A DNA stretch of 64,000 bases from the IMG/VR virus record IMGVR_UViG_3300030104_003363; one strand, 5' to 3'. The position numbers and the translations under genes were made by a program. This DNA is from an uncultured virus (IMG/VR IMGVR_UViG_3300030104_003363) (lineage: Duplodnaviria; Heunggongvirae; Uroviricota; Caudoviricetes). Shown piece by piece: positions 39,901 through 50,123 of this stretch. Position 1 is the stretch's first letter; every line of letters begins with the position of its first letter. Under the pieces are notes generated by a model. That model searched no databases. It was not told the DNA's origin and saw nothing but the letters and a program-made list of their open reading frames with translations.

Positions 39901-41524
39901 CATGACCTTTTATAGTAGATGTGGAATCGTCAATGGTTCTCATAAAAGATTGTATATCGCTACCGTCTAAATCAGAATCGTCAATATAAATACCCGTAGC
40001 AGCATTTTGTGTAGAGTTATCAAATCTTATTTTACCTGCACCGGGGTCTGAATCTGTTGTTGTCGTACTAAAATCATACTTAAATGTAGCACCACCAAAA
40101 GAGCCTTGAGGACCAGTTGGGCCAGTTGGACCACTAGGCCCAGTTGGACCGCTAGGCCCTGTGCTTCCTTGAGGACCAGTAGGTCCTGTTGGACCAGTAG
40201 GACCTGCTACTGTTGAATCTGCACCAGTTGGACCTGTTGGTCCGGTAGGACCACTTGGTCCTGTGCTTCCTTGAGGACCTTGACTTCCTGTTGGGCCTGT
40301 TGGTCCAGTTGGGCCATTCGGACCAGTAGGTCCTGTAGACCCAGTAGGTCCTGTATTTCCCGCTTGTGAAAACTCTACTACATATTTTGTATTGTTTGAT
40401 AATGCGCCCGTTTGTGTTGCCGAAGTAGGGGAAACGCCTAATTTATACCATCCTGTCATATCTGTAACGCTATTTACTACTAAATCAGCAAATTGTTCTG
40501 TATCACCTGCTCTAAGAGTTATATGTATAGTACCTTTTCTAGTGCCAGTAGAAGCAGCCATATAAGTAAAGAAAGCATCTTGATTTACACCCGCAGCATC
40601 TTCTTCATCAATGTATATTTCTGTAACACTAGCAAATGTAGCATGGTCGAATCTTAAAAAACCTGAAGTAGGGTCTGCTTCTGTTGTGGTTGTACTAAAC
40701 TTCCAATTAAAACCGGATTTTACTGCCGTACCGGGCGGTCCTGTTGGCCCAGTTGGTCCTGTTGAGCCAGTTGGCCCTGCGGGAATAGCAAACGCAAAAA
40801 CTTTTGCTGTATCAGGACCACTTGCTGTTATGGCTAAAGGACCTGTACTTACACTTGGGGTTCCGAAACCCGCAGCAGCACCAGTAGAACCAGTCGGGCC
40901 GGTTGAACCTGTGCTACCTGTGGGTCCAGTTGGCCCAGTCGGTCCGGTAGGACCATTTGGACCAGTCGGACCTGTTGGACCGTTAGGTCCTGTCGGACCA
41001 GTTGGACCTGTCGGACCAGTTGGGCCAGTAGCATTGTTTTGATATGCAATCCATGTATCTTGTGTAGCACTATGTCTTAAGTAGACTTTTTGATTTTGTG
41101 TTAAGGTAAAAGTACCGCTAGTACCTGCGTTAGAGACACCAGTACCTACAAGAGAAACTACTGTGCCATCATCAGTAGCAATAGTAATATTACCTGTTCC
41201 TTCATTCATAACTTGTAATTCTGATAAACCTACTGGAAAAGGAACAGCAGAATATGTAGGTAGTTTGTAAGTATATGTAGAAGAATCTGTATGAAGTATC
41301 ATACGTGCTTCGTCTGCTCTAGTAAATGTGTAATCAGCATTTTTTGTTTCTAGTGGTCTAACATCTGCCGACCTACCACCTGCCGTAGCGCCATCACCAA
41401 TAAAAACACCATTAGCGGCTGAACCTGTATTAGTATCTAGGAATATCTGCTCCTTAGTAGGCGTAACACCTGCTCTTTGAGTTGTAGTAGCAGTAAACAG
41501 GTTTTTATTGCTTGTTAATGCCAT
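36995..41524 (-). CDS. Collagen-like (Gly-Pro-Thr) fibre protein
   Basis: Extensive GPT triplets, nine AAGFGTP..GPLA..SGP.TAK.FAF.IP interruptions, three copies of a ~125-aa globular domain. Confidence 0.92.
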   Translation of the reverse strand: MALTSNKNLFTATTTQRAGVTPTKEQIFLDTNTGSAANGVFIGDGATAGGRSADVRPLETKNADYTFTRADEARMILHTDSSTYTYKLPTYSAVPFPVGLSELQVMNEGTGNITIATDDGTVVSLVGTGVSNAGTSGTFTLTQNQKVYLRHSATQDTWIAYQNNATGPTGPTGPTGPTGPNGPTGPTGPNGPTGPTGPTGPTGSTGSTGPTGSTGAAAGFGTPSVSTGPLAITASGPDTAKVFAFAIPAGPTGSTGPTGPTGPPGTAVKSGFNWKFSTTTTEADPTSGFLRFDHATFASVTEIYIDEEDAAGVNQDAFFTYMAASTGTRKGTIHITLRAGDTEQFADLVVNSVTDMTGWYKLGVSPTSATQTGALSNNTKYVVEFSQAGNTGPTGSTGPTGPNGPTGPTGPTGSQGPQGSTGPSGPTGPTGPTGADSTVAGPTGPTGPTGPQGSTGPSGPTGPSGPTGPTGPQGSFGGATFKYDFSTTTTDSDPGAGKIRFDNSTQNAATGIYIDDSDLDGSDIQSFMRTIDDSTSTIKGHVKVSNLTDPSQFVLFTISSLTENTGYFDITVSAVDSSTTSPFSDGEDVAVTFARTGDKGDTGSTGPTGPQGPQGNVGPDGPTGPQGSTGPAGPPGPTGSTGSQGPTGPTGPQGTQGNTGPTGSAAGFGTPTVASGPLAIGSSGPDTAKVFAFTIPPGSTGPTGPTGPTGPTGPSGGTGPTGSTGPTGPSGAAAGVGTPTITTGPLAVAVSGPDSAKVFAFTIPAGPTGPTGPSGPTGSQGPTGPNGPTGPSGPTGPTGPAGSTGPTGPSGADGNFGGASFKYDFSTNTSDSDPGAGKVKLNNGTQSSATAIYIDDSDLDGTDIQSFLRTIDDSTSTIKGHVKISNLTDSSQFTLHTISSLAEDSGYFDITVSTIDSSASSPFSDGEDVMVTFARTGDKGDTGATGPSGPTGSAGPPGPTGPSGPTGPQGTQGDEGPTGPTGPSGPTGPNGPTGSTGTAAGFGTPTMASGPLAISASGPDTAKIFAFTIPPGGTGPTGPTGPTGPTGPTGPAGGDGDTGPTGPAGAAAGFGTPTVSSGPLAISSSGPNTSKVFAFTIPPGSTGPAGPTGPTGPTGPTGPPGSTGPTGSTGSAAGFGTPTVASGPLAISSSGPNTAKVFAFTIPPGDTGPTGPTGPTGPTGPTGPPGSTGPGGPTGAAAGFGTPTVASGPLAISSSGPDTAKIFAFTIPPGSTGPTGPTGPTGPTGPAGPTGPTGPTGTAAGFGTPTVASGPLAIASSGPATAKVFAFTIPPGSTGPTGPTGPAGPPGPTGPTGPTGPTGTAAGFGTPTVASGPLAIASSGPATAKVFAFTIPPGDTGPTGPPGSTGPTGPTGPNGPTGPSGGTGPTGPTGPTGPTGVTSGTQSFSGEKTFSDGVKLNEGMVVSLNSTTTLNTNYAGKYIIVTATATMNLPASPAAGEQYLIFSDTTGTVTIDSNGSDTMNGSTTNQLITTRYKSKTFIAVDASTWIVIG

Positions 41525-41553
41525 ATACTTTACCCTCTTTTAATGTTTTATAA

Positions 41554-42879
41554 TTATATCACTAATGAACCCATGATAATGATACCACTATCGTTATTGG
41601 TTACAACTAAGTCTCCTATATCAAGTGTTCCCCCACCGCCACCGTCGCCACCTGTGTTAGCAGCCCAAGTAGGTGTACCGCTACTTATTGTAAGTACTGT
41701 ACCCTCTGAACCTGCGGCTAAGATTGTCATATCGTCGTGTCCCTGCCCCACTAATATTGCATCTTTAGTAATAAACTCTCTTCCTGTACCCCCCTCTACG
41801 ACAGAAGTTGAAGGTGGTGTGTTTCTACTGCGGTAAATACCGTCAGATACTTGAGAAAAGTTCCAATCTCCCTTTATACTAGGTCTTTTTACCGTGTGTA
41901 TATCTGCACTTTGTTTAGATTGTGAATACGGACCGTATAACGTACCATCAGTTTCTATAACTAATTCATTACACGTTAGTGTACGACCATCAGATATAAT
42001 CCAATCGTGTGTAGATGCTTCTATAACTACTTTGTTATATTTGACGTTAAACTTTTTTGTTGTGGAATTACCGTAGGTTGTATCTCCGTTTACAGGTAAA
42101 ACTTGGTTACTAGAAGTAGCGGTATAATGTACAGTAGTATTACCCCAATTATATTCCTCATGTGCTATGCTAATAGTACCCTGTAACTTAAATATTTTTG
42201 ATAAATCATCTGTATCAATTGTTTTAGGACTTACTTTTACGGTAGAAGGAACTACAAAGTTACCAATATCTACTGAACCGTATGTGTTCCATACTGCACC
42301 TGTTCTTGTATATGTGTGTTCGGGACTAAATGTAGCACTACCGGATGCAGTAGCCAATGTAACTTTAGGATATTTACCGTCTACTAAAGTCATTACTCCA
42401 CCGGAAGGTAATGTAAATGTTATTATACTATTAGCGTGTGGCTCTCCATTCTCACCATTCCATATACTTGTGTTTGCTTCATATTGTATGTAAAGTCTGT
42501 TGTTTGTTTGTGCTGCGGCACTATCACCTATGGGAAAAGGTGGTGTTCCTGTAAAAGTCCACGTTGTACCTGTGTTATCTTTAACACATCCGGCTTTAGC
42601 AATAATTAACCCCGCTTCAAATATAACAGTAGAAGCACTAACATTAAATAATTCATCGAATGTAGAATCTATTGTAACAAGATTAAGATATACTGTGTTC
42701 GCACCAAAAACGCAGTCATTAGATGCAACAGATGTAAAATAAAGATTATCGTCATTTCCTGTATCTAACCAATCAGCCGGAAGGCTGCTTGCTAGTGAAG
42801 AACCGTTTGAAGTTGTAGACCAATTAGCAGGGGTTTCGGGATTTGTAGAAGTACCGCCAACCCACCAATAATCTGCCAT
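41554..42879 (-). CDS. Virion structural protein (fibre/spike-like, beta-rich)
   Basis: YWVGG...NWS N-terminus; GGTG and GTVLT..SGTPTW fibre-type motifs. Confidence 0.55.
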   Translation of the reverse strand: MADYWWVGGTSTNPETPANWSTTSNGSSLASSLPADWLDTGNDDNLYFTSVASNDCVFGANTVYLNLVTIDSTFDELFNVSASTVIFEAGLIIAKAGCVKDNTGTTWTFTGTPPFPIGDSAAAQTNNRLYIQYEANTSIWNGENGEPHANSIITFTLPSGGVMTLVDGKYPKVTLATASGSATFSPEHTYTRTGAVWNTYGSVDIGNFVVPSTVKVSPKTIDTDDLSKIFKLQGTISIAHEEYNWGNTTVHYTATSSNQVLPVNGDTTYGNSTTKKFNVKYNKVVIEASTHDWIISDGRTLTCNELVIETDGTLYGPYSQSKQSADIHTVKRPSIKGDWNFSQVSDGIYRSRNTPPSTSVVEGGTGREFITKDAILVGQGHDDMTILAAGSEGTVLTISSGTPTWAANTGGDGGGGGTLDIGDLVVTNNDSGIIIMGSLVI

Positions 42880-42891
42880 GTTTCACCCTCT

Positions 42892-43326
42892 TTAATCGTG
42901 ATAAAGAGAGCCGGACAATTGCGAGCCAGTTGTTGTTCCACTAACTCTTGATGTTGTTGTTCCCGATTTAAACGCACTACCACCCTTCTCTTCTATCGCT
43001 GCTAAAGCGTCTTGTGCTGATTTCTCAAAAGACGCTAATTGTTTATTGTATCGAATGTCAGATGTACCTTGTTCTTTTTCGGGGAATACAGCAGGTATAG
43101 TATCTATCAATACTCTTAAACAATCTACACACACTAAAAACTTTATTGCACTTTCTTTTAAGGTATCAGTAGGTGCGCCTGTGGCATCTACTCCAAAGTA
43201 TTCTGCTACTCTTGCTTTTTTGTTTACTTCTGCTGTTCGGATAGTAATATATTCATTGATTGTACCATTGTTTAGACCTCTAGGTCTGTTAAGTAAATCC
43301 CTAATATTATCTGTCGTTACTGCCAT
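42892..43326 (-). CDS. Head completion/connector-like protein
   Basis: VTTDNIRDLL N-terminus; position after capsid genes. Confidence 0.5.
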   Translation of the reverse strand: MAVTTDNIRDLLNRPRGLNNGTINEYITIRTAEVNKKARVAEYFGVDATGAPTDTLKESAIKFLVCVDCLRVLIDTIPAVFPEKEQGTSDIRYNKQLASFEKSAQDALAAIEEKGGSAFKSGTTTSRVSGTTTGSQLSGSLYHD

Positions 43327-43699
43327 TTCCGAACCTCTCCATGTAATCTAACGGTACGTCAAGCACTATATTGTTTGATGAAGGTTTGGTTGCCCTACCT
43401 AGTACTAATACTAATTTTGTAGCAATAATTTTTTGAGCCATTTCGCTATTTGGAATCCAATAAGGTTGTTTAGCATCTCTACTTAATAACGACATAGGGT
43501 GATTAGCATATCTTCTACCACCATTCTTATGCGCCCTAAGTAACCATCCCGGTCCCGGCAAATAATTATCTAGTCTAAATTGCATATCTTCTATACTACC
43601 ACTTTCGGGTAATGGAATACCTGCTTCTTTTAACGCAGATGCGAGTTTAGCCTTAGAAGGTTTCTTTGGCTTCGCCTTAGCGACCTTTTTCTCAGTCAT
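43307..43699 (-). CDS. Protein with HeH/SAP-like N-terminus
   Basis: SKAKLASALKEAGIPLP. Confidence 0.45.
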   Translation of the reverse strand: MTEKKVAKAKPKKPSKAKLASALKEAGIPLPESGSIEDMQFRLDNYLPGPGWLLRAHKNGGRRYANHPMSLLSRDAKQPYWIPNSEMAQKIIATKLVLVLGRATKPSSNNIVLDVPLDYMERFGNGSNDR

Positions 43700-43716
43700 T
43701 TATTCACCTTTTATGT

Positions 43717-44133
43717 TCAAGGGTTTGAATATCCTAGCACGAAAACATGGACTGCCGGTGCTGTGTCATCAGAGGATGTAGATGTTACTTTGAGAGTACC
43801 ACCTGCACTAATCTTGTAGTAAGAATCATCTATCTCGCCACATCTTACGACATCTTTATCACCTGCTGTTCCAGTTACGAAAGCATCAGTAATAGCATCA
43901 GTACCGTTAAGAACTTGTAGACTGTTAGCGTTTGCTCCACCGTCTGCTAAGAGATGGCACCATACATCAACAACTTCAAGATTACGGTCTACGGTTAGTG
44001 AAACACTTTCTGTTGCTCCACCATCTACTGCTATTTTGTAAAGGATAGGTATAGACCCACCAGTTCCACCATTAGAGACTTGCTTGGTATTAATACCAGT
44101 CATTAGGTTTTGTAACTTACGGTTAATAGGCAT
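43717..44133 (-). CDS. Probable capsid decoration protein
   Basis: Small beta-rich protein directly after the major capsid protein. Confidence 0.45.
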   Translation of the reverse strand: MPINRKLQNLMTGINTKQVSNGGTGGSIPILYKIAVDGGATESVSLTVDRNLEVVDVWCHLLADGGANANSLQVLNGTDAITDAFVTGTAGDKDVVRCGEIDDSYYKISAGGTLKVTSTSSDDTAPAVHVFVLGYSNP

Positions 44134-44147
44134 TTATTTTACCCCCC

Positions 44148-45059
44148 TTAAGCCCTTACGCCTGTAATCTTACAGATTCGGTTGTTCTTACCTGCTGCTG
44201 CTCCATCTTGGTGTTCGTGGATAACGCTACCCATGTAAGATGTTAATAGCCAGTCGAAACCGACACCCGGTAGACGAGTTAATTCAGTCTCTTGGAATCC
44301 CGGTCCATTGTATGTAAAGAACTCTGCTGTTTCTGCACCCGGAATCAATAGTAGACCATCGTTTACCAATGCGCTACCTGTTCCGTAATCTCTTGTGTAA
44401 TATACTGTTAGGTTTGCGATTCTACCCAAGTGTTGTTGTAGAGACTCAACTACGTTTCCGTAAAGAGTTGTGTTAAGCATAGCACTTCTCTTGTCAGCAG
44501 GTAGTACTAGAGCCATTGGCTCACTACCGCTAACCTTTGCGTTAGCAAAGATTAAGTCCATAGCATCTAGCAAATCTTTTTCTTCGTCTGCCGAAGCACT
44601 ACCGAAGGTTGAAGTTGCTGCTTGTGATTGACCGTTACCTGCCATCAATTTTGATAGGATGTGGTTGTCTATTAAGTCTGCACGACCTCTTACAACAGCC
44701 ATTTGTTGCCTGTCAATGTTCTCGAAAGATTCACCACGTAGACGTACTGCATCTAGGAAAGTAACACGGCCTTGTCCTTTTTCAAGTTTAACTGTGTAGT
44801 TTGCTGTACCGATGTTTGTTGGGTCGGTTAGTGCAACGTCATCAATTGGGTAAGAGAATGTACCAGTAACACCTGTGTACCATTTGAACTCTAACCAAGG
44901 TACGGTTCTAACACCGACTAAGTTAGTTGCGATAGCAATTGTGTTAGACTGCAATTGAATGAAGTCTCTTAGAGTTTGTTCTAAAACCGCATCTCCTACT
45001 GAGAACGGGCCTGTTGCTGCTTCTACGTTTAATATTTCTTCTAATGTATTGTTAACCAT
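44148..45059 (-). CDS. Major capsid protein (HK97-fold, inferred)
   Basis: ~300 aa; order portal-protease-cement-MCP; GAGGTGA SD before ATG 45059. Confidence 0.75.
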   Translation of the reverse strand: MVNNTLEEILNVEAATGPFSVGDAVLEQTLRDFIQLQSNTIAIATNLVGVRTVPWLEFKWYTGVTGTFSYPIDDVALTDPTNIGTANYTVKLEKGQGRVTFLDAVRLRGESFENIDRQQMAVVRGRADLIDNHILSKLMAGNGQSQAATSTFGSASADEEKDLLDAMDLIFANAKVSGSEPMALVLPADKRSAMLNTTLYGNVVESLQQHLGRIANLTVYYTRDYGTGSALVNDGLLLIPGAETAEFFTYNGPGFQETELTRLPGVGFDWLLTSYMGSVIHEHQDGAAAGKNNRICKITGVRA

Positions 45060-45087
45060 TTTATTCACCTCAATTTATTTGCTATAT

Positions 45088-45501
45088 CTAACAAGATACA
45101 GGAATAAAGTCTCCCGATGCGATTGCACCTTCTCCACCAAAGTAGTACCCTACGAATACTGCTGAATTGGTTGCGTCATTTACTGTAACTGTTCCGTTAT
45201 CAGAAGCAGTTTGTGAAACATATACGGACATTCCAAACTTAGGTGCTGCTGTTGCTGCACCTGCTTTAAGATAGCAAATACCATCAAGAGCAACTACTGA
45301 AACTGTTCCTGTACCTGCTGCTTCTAATGCTTGGTCTGCATCTCTGCTTGATTCAGCCATTGTGTAAGCGATTGGTGTATCTGTTACACTTGCTGTCATT
45401 AGTATTCCACCTGCACCGTACTTAACTAAAAGTCCTTTGCTTGCGAAAGTTTCTGCTATGTCTACTACGTTTACTGGGTCATTTCCTGAATATGCTACCA
45501 T
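45088..45501 (-). CDS. Capsid cement/stabilising protein
   Basis: Small Ala/Gly-rich beta protein between scaffold and MCP. Confidence 0.55.
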   Translation of the reverse strand: MVAYSGNDPVNVVDIAETFASKGLLVKYGAGGILMTASVTDTPIAYTMAESSRDADQALEAAGTGTVSVVALDGICYLKAGAATAAPKFGMSVYVSQTASDNGTVTVNDATNSAVFVGYYFGGEGAIASGDFIPVSC

Positions 45502-45502
45502 T

Positions 45503-47431
45503 TTATCTCATCTCCTTTATTGTGTCGTATGTTGGTGCTTTCATTCTGTCTCCTTCACCAACTGCGAGTGTTTTGTTCCATGCTCCGGCCCATGCGTTCC
45601 ATGCTCTAGCATATAGGTCCTCATCATTTTCTACGATTTTTCCGTTCAAGTAGTTTGCTACTTTGCTAACGGATTCTGAAGCGATTGCTTCTTCAACAGG
45701 CTTCTCGACTGATTCAACAGGAGCCATTTCTACTTCTGTTGGTTGAGGATGAGCCTCATTCCATGAAGCAATTAGAGAAGTTAGTGTGTCTGATGACAAA
45801 TCTTCGTGTCCTGACATTCCTAATTCTGTTGCCTCATCAACAAGAGTTTGGCGGGCTGCCTCTACTCTTGCTTCTTCTTTTGCCTCAAACTCACCAACTC
45901 TTGAATTGGCTAATACGAGGGAAGCCTTAAGTGCTTCAATTTCTGCTTCGTAATCTACTGTATTTTCTTCTTGGCTCATTTTATTCACCTGTTTGTGGTC
46001 TGTGTCAGATTGTGAATGTCCTATAAAGGTTGCTTCGACCTTACTCGCTTGTATTTTTCTTATAGAATCTATTGTAGCACGTTCATATGCCGGTTTATGC
46101 ACAATAGCAAGGTGGTCGAACTTAAAATCTTCTCCAAACAACATACCATCTTCCGATGCTTCGACGGGTACGCCACTACCACCGATTGATACTCCGTAGT
46201 TTTCCCTAGACCATAGACCGGACTCTAAAGCATCAAACAATTCTGTTCTTACAACGTGTGCTACATACCTAACTTCATATCCACTACTTACTGTTTTGTG
46301 GAATGTTGCTCCTTTGATATATCCTACAACCGCTTCTTCTACTCCACCATCCATGTTTCTTGTAAATCCGCTACCATATTGGCTTGCTGCCGGATGATTT
46401 AGTGTTAAGTCTGCACCTTTCATTTGTTCTGCTACTAATTTTGCACCTTCTTCTGTCAAAGCCCATTTGTTTTTATTCATACCTTCGTGGAATGCAACAC
46501 CTCTTATTTCTATAACGGTATTTCCAGTAGATGCTTCTACTATTGCTTCTACCTCATCAAAATCTAAATCTAAGGTAACAGAAACTTTTCTGCATTCACC
46601 ATCTATCATTTTTTCTCCGTAGCCACATTCATTAGCATATTTCTTTTTCTTCATACCGTAACCTGCTTCGTGGTCCTCTTCGTCATGTGGTTCGCTTTGG
46701 TCTTTGAAAGTATGGCCTTCGTGTGCTTTCATACACTCTTCTTTAGTATAGTTCATAGCCATACACCTAGACATATATTCATCATGTGTTTCAGAATCTT
46801 TAGGTGTTGGCTCTGCTGCTTGTTTCAAAGCCTTTTCCATTGACGGTTCGGGGTCCTCTATGTAAGCAACACTCATACATTTACCATGAGATGCACATTT
46901 TTCTTGTGTCATACAAGAAGAACAAACATCGTATGCTGCTTCTGCCTTTTTCTTAATAGGTATGCAATTAGGTACTTTTCTACCGTTTTTCATTTTCATA
47001 CCGTATTGTTCATAACCCGATGTACATGGGTCATCAGCATCTTTAGCCTCTACCTCTTCATCGTTACAACCGCAACCGCACGGAGTACCATCTTCTGCTT
47101 CTACCTTTGTGCCACCACGCCATTGTCTGCAAGACCAATATCTTGCCTTCCATTTTGGTCCGGGTGTGTTACAGTTATGCCTTGCACGAAATGATTTTCT
47201 TCTTTCAGGGTCATCTCTCTTGATTTCCATATTAGGGTCGCCAAACCTTACTATGACTACGTTCCCACTACCATTTTTAGTATATACTGCGAACTTTTTC
47301 GGTCCACCTTTAGTTCTAAAAGGCTTGTTAAGGGTAACTTGTCGGCCTTGATACTCTGCTGCCGAGACATCTTCTTCATCCCATTCTTCATAAGCAACTA
47401 CTTCACCACTACAACCGCACCCACACGACAT
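45503..47431 (-). CDS. Prohead protease-scaffold fusion with multi-module N-terminal extension
   Basis: GVAFHEG.NKN, LNH, GVSIG, FDHLAIVHKPAY protease motifs; C-terminal coiled coil. Confidence 0.82.
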   Translation of the reverse strand: MSCGCGCSGEVVAYEEWDEEDVSAAEYQGRQVTLNKPFRTKGGPKKFAVYTKNGSGNVVIVRFGDPNMEIKRDDPERRKSFRARHNCNTPGPKWKARYWSCRQWRGGTKVEAEDGTPCGCGCNDEEVEAKDADDPCTSGYEQYGMKMKNGRKVPNCIPIKKKAEAAYDVCSSCMTQEKCASHGKCMSVAYIEDPEPSMEKALKQAAEPTPKDSETHDEYMSRCMAMNYTKEECMKAHEGHTFKDQSEPHDEEDHEAGYGMKKKKYANECGYGEKMIDGECRKVSVTLDLDFDEVEAIVEASTGNTVIEIRGVAFHEGMNKNKWALTEEGAKLVAEQMKGADLTLNHPAASQYGSGFTRNMDGGVEEAVVGYIKGATFHKTVSSGYEVRYVAHVVRTELFDALESGLWSRENYGVSIGGSGVPVEASEDGMLFGEDFKFDHLAIVHKPAYERATIDSIRKIQASKVEATFIGHSQSDTDHKQVNKMSQEENTVDYEAEIEALKASLVLANSRVGEFEAKEEARVEAARQTLVDEATELGMSGHEDLSSDTLTSLIASWNEAHPQPTEVEMAPVESVEKPVEEAIASESVSKVANYLNGKIVENDEDLYARAWNAWAGAWNKTLAVGEGDRMKAPTYDTIKEMR

Positions 47432-47462
47432 GGCTAACCAATTTTAGGTTTGTCTTATTAAT

Positions 47463-47822
47463 CTATTCTAATATACCGGATTGTTTAAGGCTTTCTATCA
47501 AATCTTTGTAGATAGAATAATCATTCAAAGTACAAATAGGTTCTATATGTGTATCACCTACACTATAATTAGAATATGCTTTAGGGCTTACATATACCTT
47601 AAAATCTTCACTAATATAAGTGTAGTTATCTTCTACCCTCACTATAATGTAAAATGGTTCTTTTTCTATTATTTCACCACTAACTGTTGTACAACTAATT
47701 GCGTTGGGGTCATAGAATGGGCTATTTTCGTAAACGGGTGTAGTAAAAGGTACTATAAAAAAACACACCATTAGTACTGCTATCGCCTTTTCTATGGCAT
47801 CGTCTTTATCCATTAGCCCCAC
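47463..47822 (-). CDS. Membrane-anchored hypothetical protein
   Basis: N-terminal hydrophobic helix. Confidence 0.55.
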   Translation of the reverse strand: MGLMDKDDAIEKAIAVLMVCFFIVPFTTPVYENSPFYDPNAISCTTVSGEIIEKEPFYIIVRVEDNYTYISEDFKVYVSPKAYSNYSVGDTHIEPICTLNDYSIYKDLIESLKQSGILE

Positions 47823-47893
47823 TTTTCCGTATCAAGAGCCATAGCAGCGATAACGATAAAGACAAGTATAAGGCATACTTCGTTGAGAGTCAT
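47813..47893 (-). CDS. 26-aa hydrophobic peptide (not in ORF track)
   Basis: MTLNEVCLILVFIVIAAMALDTEKWG; TATA-like box upstream. Confidence 0.4.
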   Translation of the reverse strand: MTLNEVCLILVFIVIAAMALDTEKWG

Positions 47894-47926
47894 ATACACC
47901 AAGTCATATTAGTGATTTATGATTAT

Positions 47927-48433
47927 TTACTTTTTGCCGCCTTTAGTAACAGTAAACGCTTCCATATCTAATGTATGTTGTTTTTGCATTTTTTCCATTT
48001 CTAAATCATGCTTTAGTTTGTATTCTTCAAGCATACGAGTATGTGTTTTTTCAGCGTCTACGGCATTTACGTCAGCAGATAGTCTATCAGGCAATACTGC
48101 AATTTTAGCACTTTCTTTACCCTTAAATAAATCTAGTACGCTAGTTATGATAAGAAGTGCCGGACCACCTAATAGACCAATAACTGTTAGTTGCGAATCC
48201 GAAATCTCACGTTGTTCTACAATACTAAAGTAGGATGCTGTTGCAGCAATAACTACCCAAGCCATAACGACACCCATACCAAAAGTAAGCATAAGAGTTT
48301 CATTAGGATTAGTCTGTTTCATACCGGACATATCATCACCTTGTGTCGGGTGTCTTTTAAGTATTATTGCTGTAACTGCACCCAAAGCAGCCAAAACTAG
48401 GCTGTAAATAGCAAATTGGATTTCAGAGTTCAT
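47927..48433 (-). CDS. Multi-TM membrane protein with C-terminal coiled coil
   Basis: Two to three hydrophobic helices. Confidence 0.65.
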   Translation of the reverse strand: MNSEIQFAIYSLVLAALGAVTAIILKRHPTQGDDMSGMKQTNPNETLMLTFGMGVVMAWVVIAATASYFSIVEQREISDSQLTVIGLLGGPALLIITSVLDLFKGKESAKIAVLPDRLSADVNAVDAEKTHTRMLEEYKLKHDLEMEKMQKQHTLDMEAFTVTKGGKK

Positions 48434-49824
48434 ATATCTCCCTCACTAGGTGCGCTTTCTTGTTCGTTTTCTCTAGGTAGACTTCCTACATTTGCAGGTT
48501 TATCGAGACTTTTTCTTTCGTCGCCTTCCTTACCTACTTGTGGCAGGTTTAGAATATCAAGGGATTGGTTAAGCGTAAGTAGGCCACCATCGTAACCCAT
48601 AGTTACTCTTTGCATAACATTAAGTGGAGACTCCATATCCATAGCGTCAAACTTGATAGTAGGTAGGTCTTGCCTTCTATATGTTATACCTAGTAAATCT
48701 AGGTGCATCATAAATAGTTGCATAGCAGATTCCGCTAGTATTTTATGCATACGACTAATTGCTTGTACAGCCCAAAGGTTAGCATTGAATGTTGCAGCGA
48801 ATGTTGAACCACGTTCTTGACCTGCTGCGACTCTAGGTACTTGTAGTACAGCCGCAATATCAGCGTTTATACTGTCTAGGAAGTCAGCACTATTAGGCAT
48901 TGTGTTACCTAAATCAACGTGGTGTAAATTAACGTAATGCGGCAATACAGGTATTTGGTCGCCTCTTAGACCGGAAAACAAACTGATAACCTCATCCATA
49001 ATAAATGATAGTCTTTGCGATTGTTCAACAGGGTCTTGTATGTGTTCGATAGCAGATTTGTCAATAGTAATGTATTGTTTAGTCATAGCATCCTCTAAAG
49101 ATATACGATTGTTCATACTGTTGTATTTCATGCGTATTGCTTGCTTAAGACTGCTAAATCTTGATGCACCCCATATACCATATGTCTTTCTTCCTTTGTT
49201 GTCTGTAAACCAATTAGAACGAAAATCAACTTTGACGTGTAATATCTCTTTTGCAGATATAGCAACTTCGTATGGGGATGTTTCACGCATTACATATGTT
49301 CTTGCGTTAATGATAGGGTTATCTTCATCTGCTACGAAATAAGAACCTACACCGCCTCTTTCATCAACTATGGTAATTTGTTTTACGGGTAAACTTTGTA
49401 GTGCTGTTACGCCTATACCTTGTTTACCTACTATTTTATTTATATCATTACCATACACCATCATATTACGCATAGCGTTAATCATAATGTCGTCAAAATC
49501 AAGAGTATCTTCTACTAAAGTCTGTATTGCGTTACGGATTTGTGCGTTTCTACCTTTAGAGTAATTAATTTCGTAATTATTTGCTGTAAGTGATACTGCA
49601 CGTACCGCACCGTTTAGTTCGGGGTCTAACTTTAGCATAAGGTCATACAAATCAAACTCATTGTCAAACTTGCTGTCCTGTCTTAGTTTTTCCGTATCTC
49701 TTACAATATCAGGTATTCCCGCTACCGCAGAAAACTTTTGGTTAGTAGGCAGAGTTATTCTTTGTGGTTCTTCTGTTTTTTCTACACTTCCTGTTAATCT
49801 TTGCCACAAACTTCGCTCCGCCAT
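48430..49824 (-). CDS. Portal protein
   Basis: 464 aa; VYGN, EILHVK, YGIWG.S, IAAVLQVP, GLLTLNQ; first gene of the head operon. Confidence 0.85.
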   Translation of the reverse strand: MAERSLWQRLTGSVEKTEEPQRITLPTNQKFSAVAGIPDIVRDTEKLRQDSKFDNEFDLYDLMLKLDPELNGAVRAVSLTANNYEINYSKGRNAQIRNAIQTLVEDTLDFDDIMINAMRNMMVYGNDINKIVGKQGIGVTALQSLPVKQITIVDERGGVGSYFVADEDNPIINARTYVMRETSPYEVAISAKEILHVKVDFRSNWFTDNKGRKTYGIWGASRFSSLKQAIRMKYNSMNNRISLEDAMTKQYITIDKSAIEHIQDPVEQSQRLSFIMDEVISLFSGLRGDQIPVLPHYVNLHHVDLGNTMPNSADFLDSINADIAAVLQVPRVAAGQERGSTFAATFNANLWAVQAISRMHKILAESAMQLFMMHLDLLGITYRRQDLPTIKFDAMDMESPLNVMQRVTMGYDGGLLTLNQSLDILNLPQVGKEGDERKSLDKPANVGSLPRENEQESAPSEGDI

Positions 49825-49907
49825 ATATTAACCAGTTTTAGCCCGTTTTATAACACTTTTTGATAATTTTGCTTATTTTTTTTATTTTTTCGATATTCTA
49901 CAGAATT

Positions 49908-50069
49908 AATAAAACGCAATACTGCGGCAATTTCTTCTATTTATTTTATTTCTTCTATAACATAGATGAGTTAAATTAGTAATAGATTAGTTATCAGACA
50001 GGGCCGTCGCTATCCCATACTAAAGAAAAAATAAATTAATTCCGAAACAGGCTTGTAGTACCACGTTTT
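49908..50069 (-). repeat. Conserved non-coding element, copy B
   Basis: Inverted homolog of 1009-1150 in the divergent portal/phosphoesterase gap. Confidence 0.85.
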
Positions 50070-50123
50070 TTTTATTTTGTAAACAACATAAATTATAAAA
50101 TTAAATAAGTATTATAAGACGGT

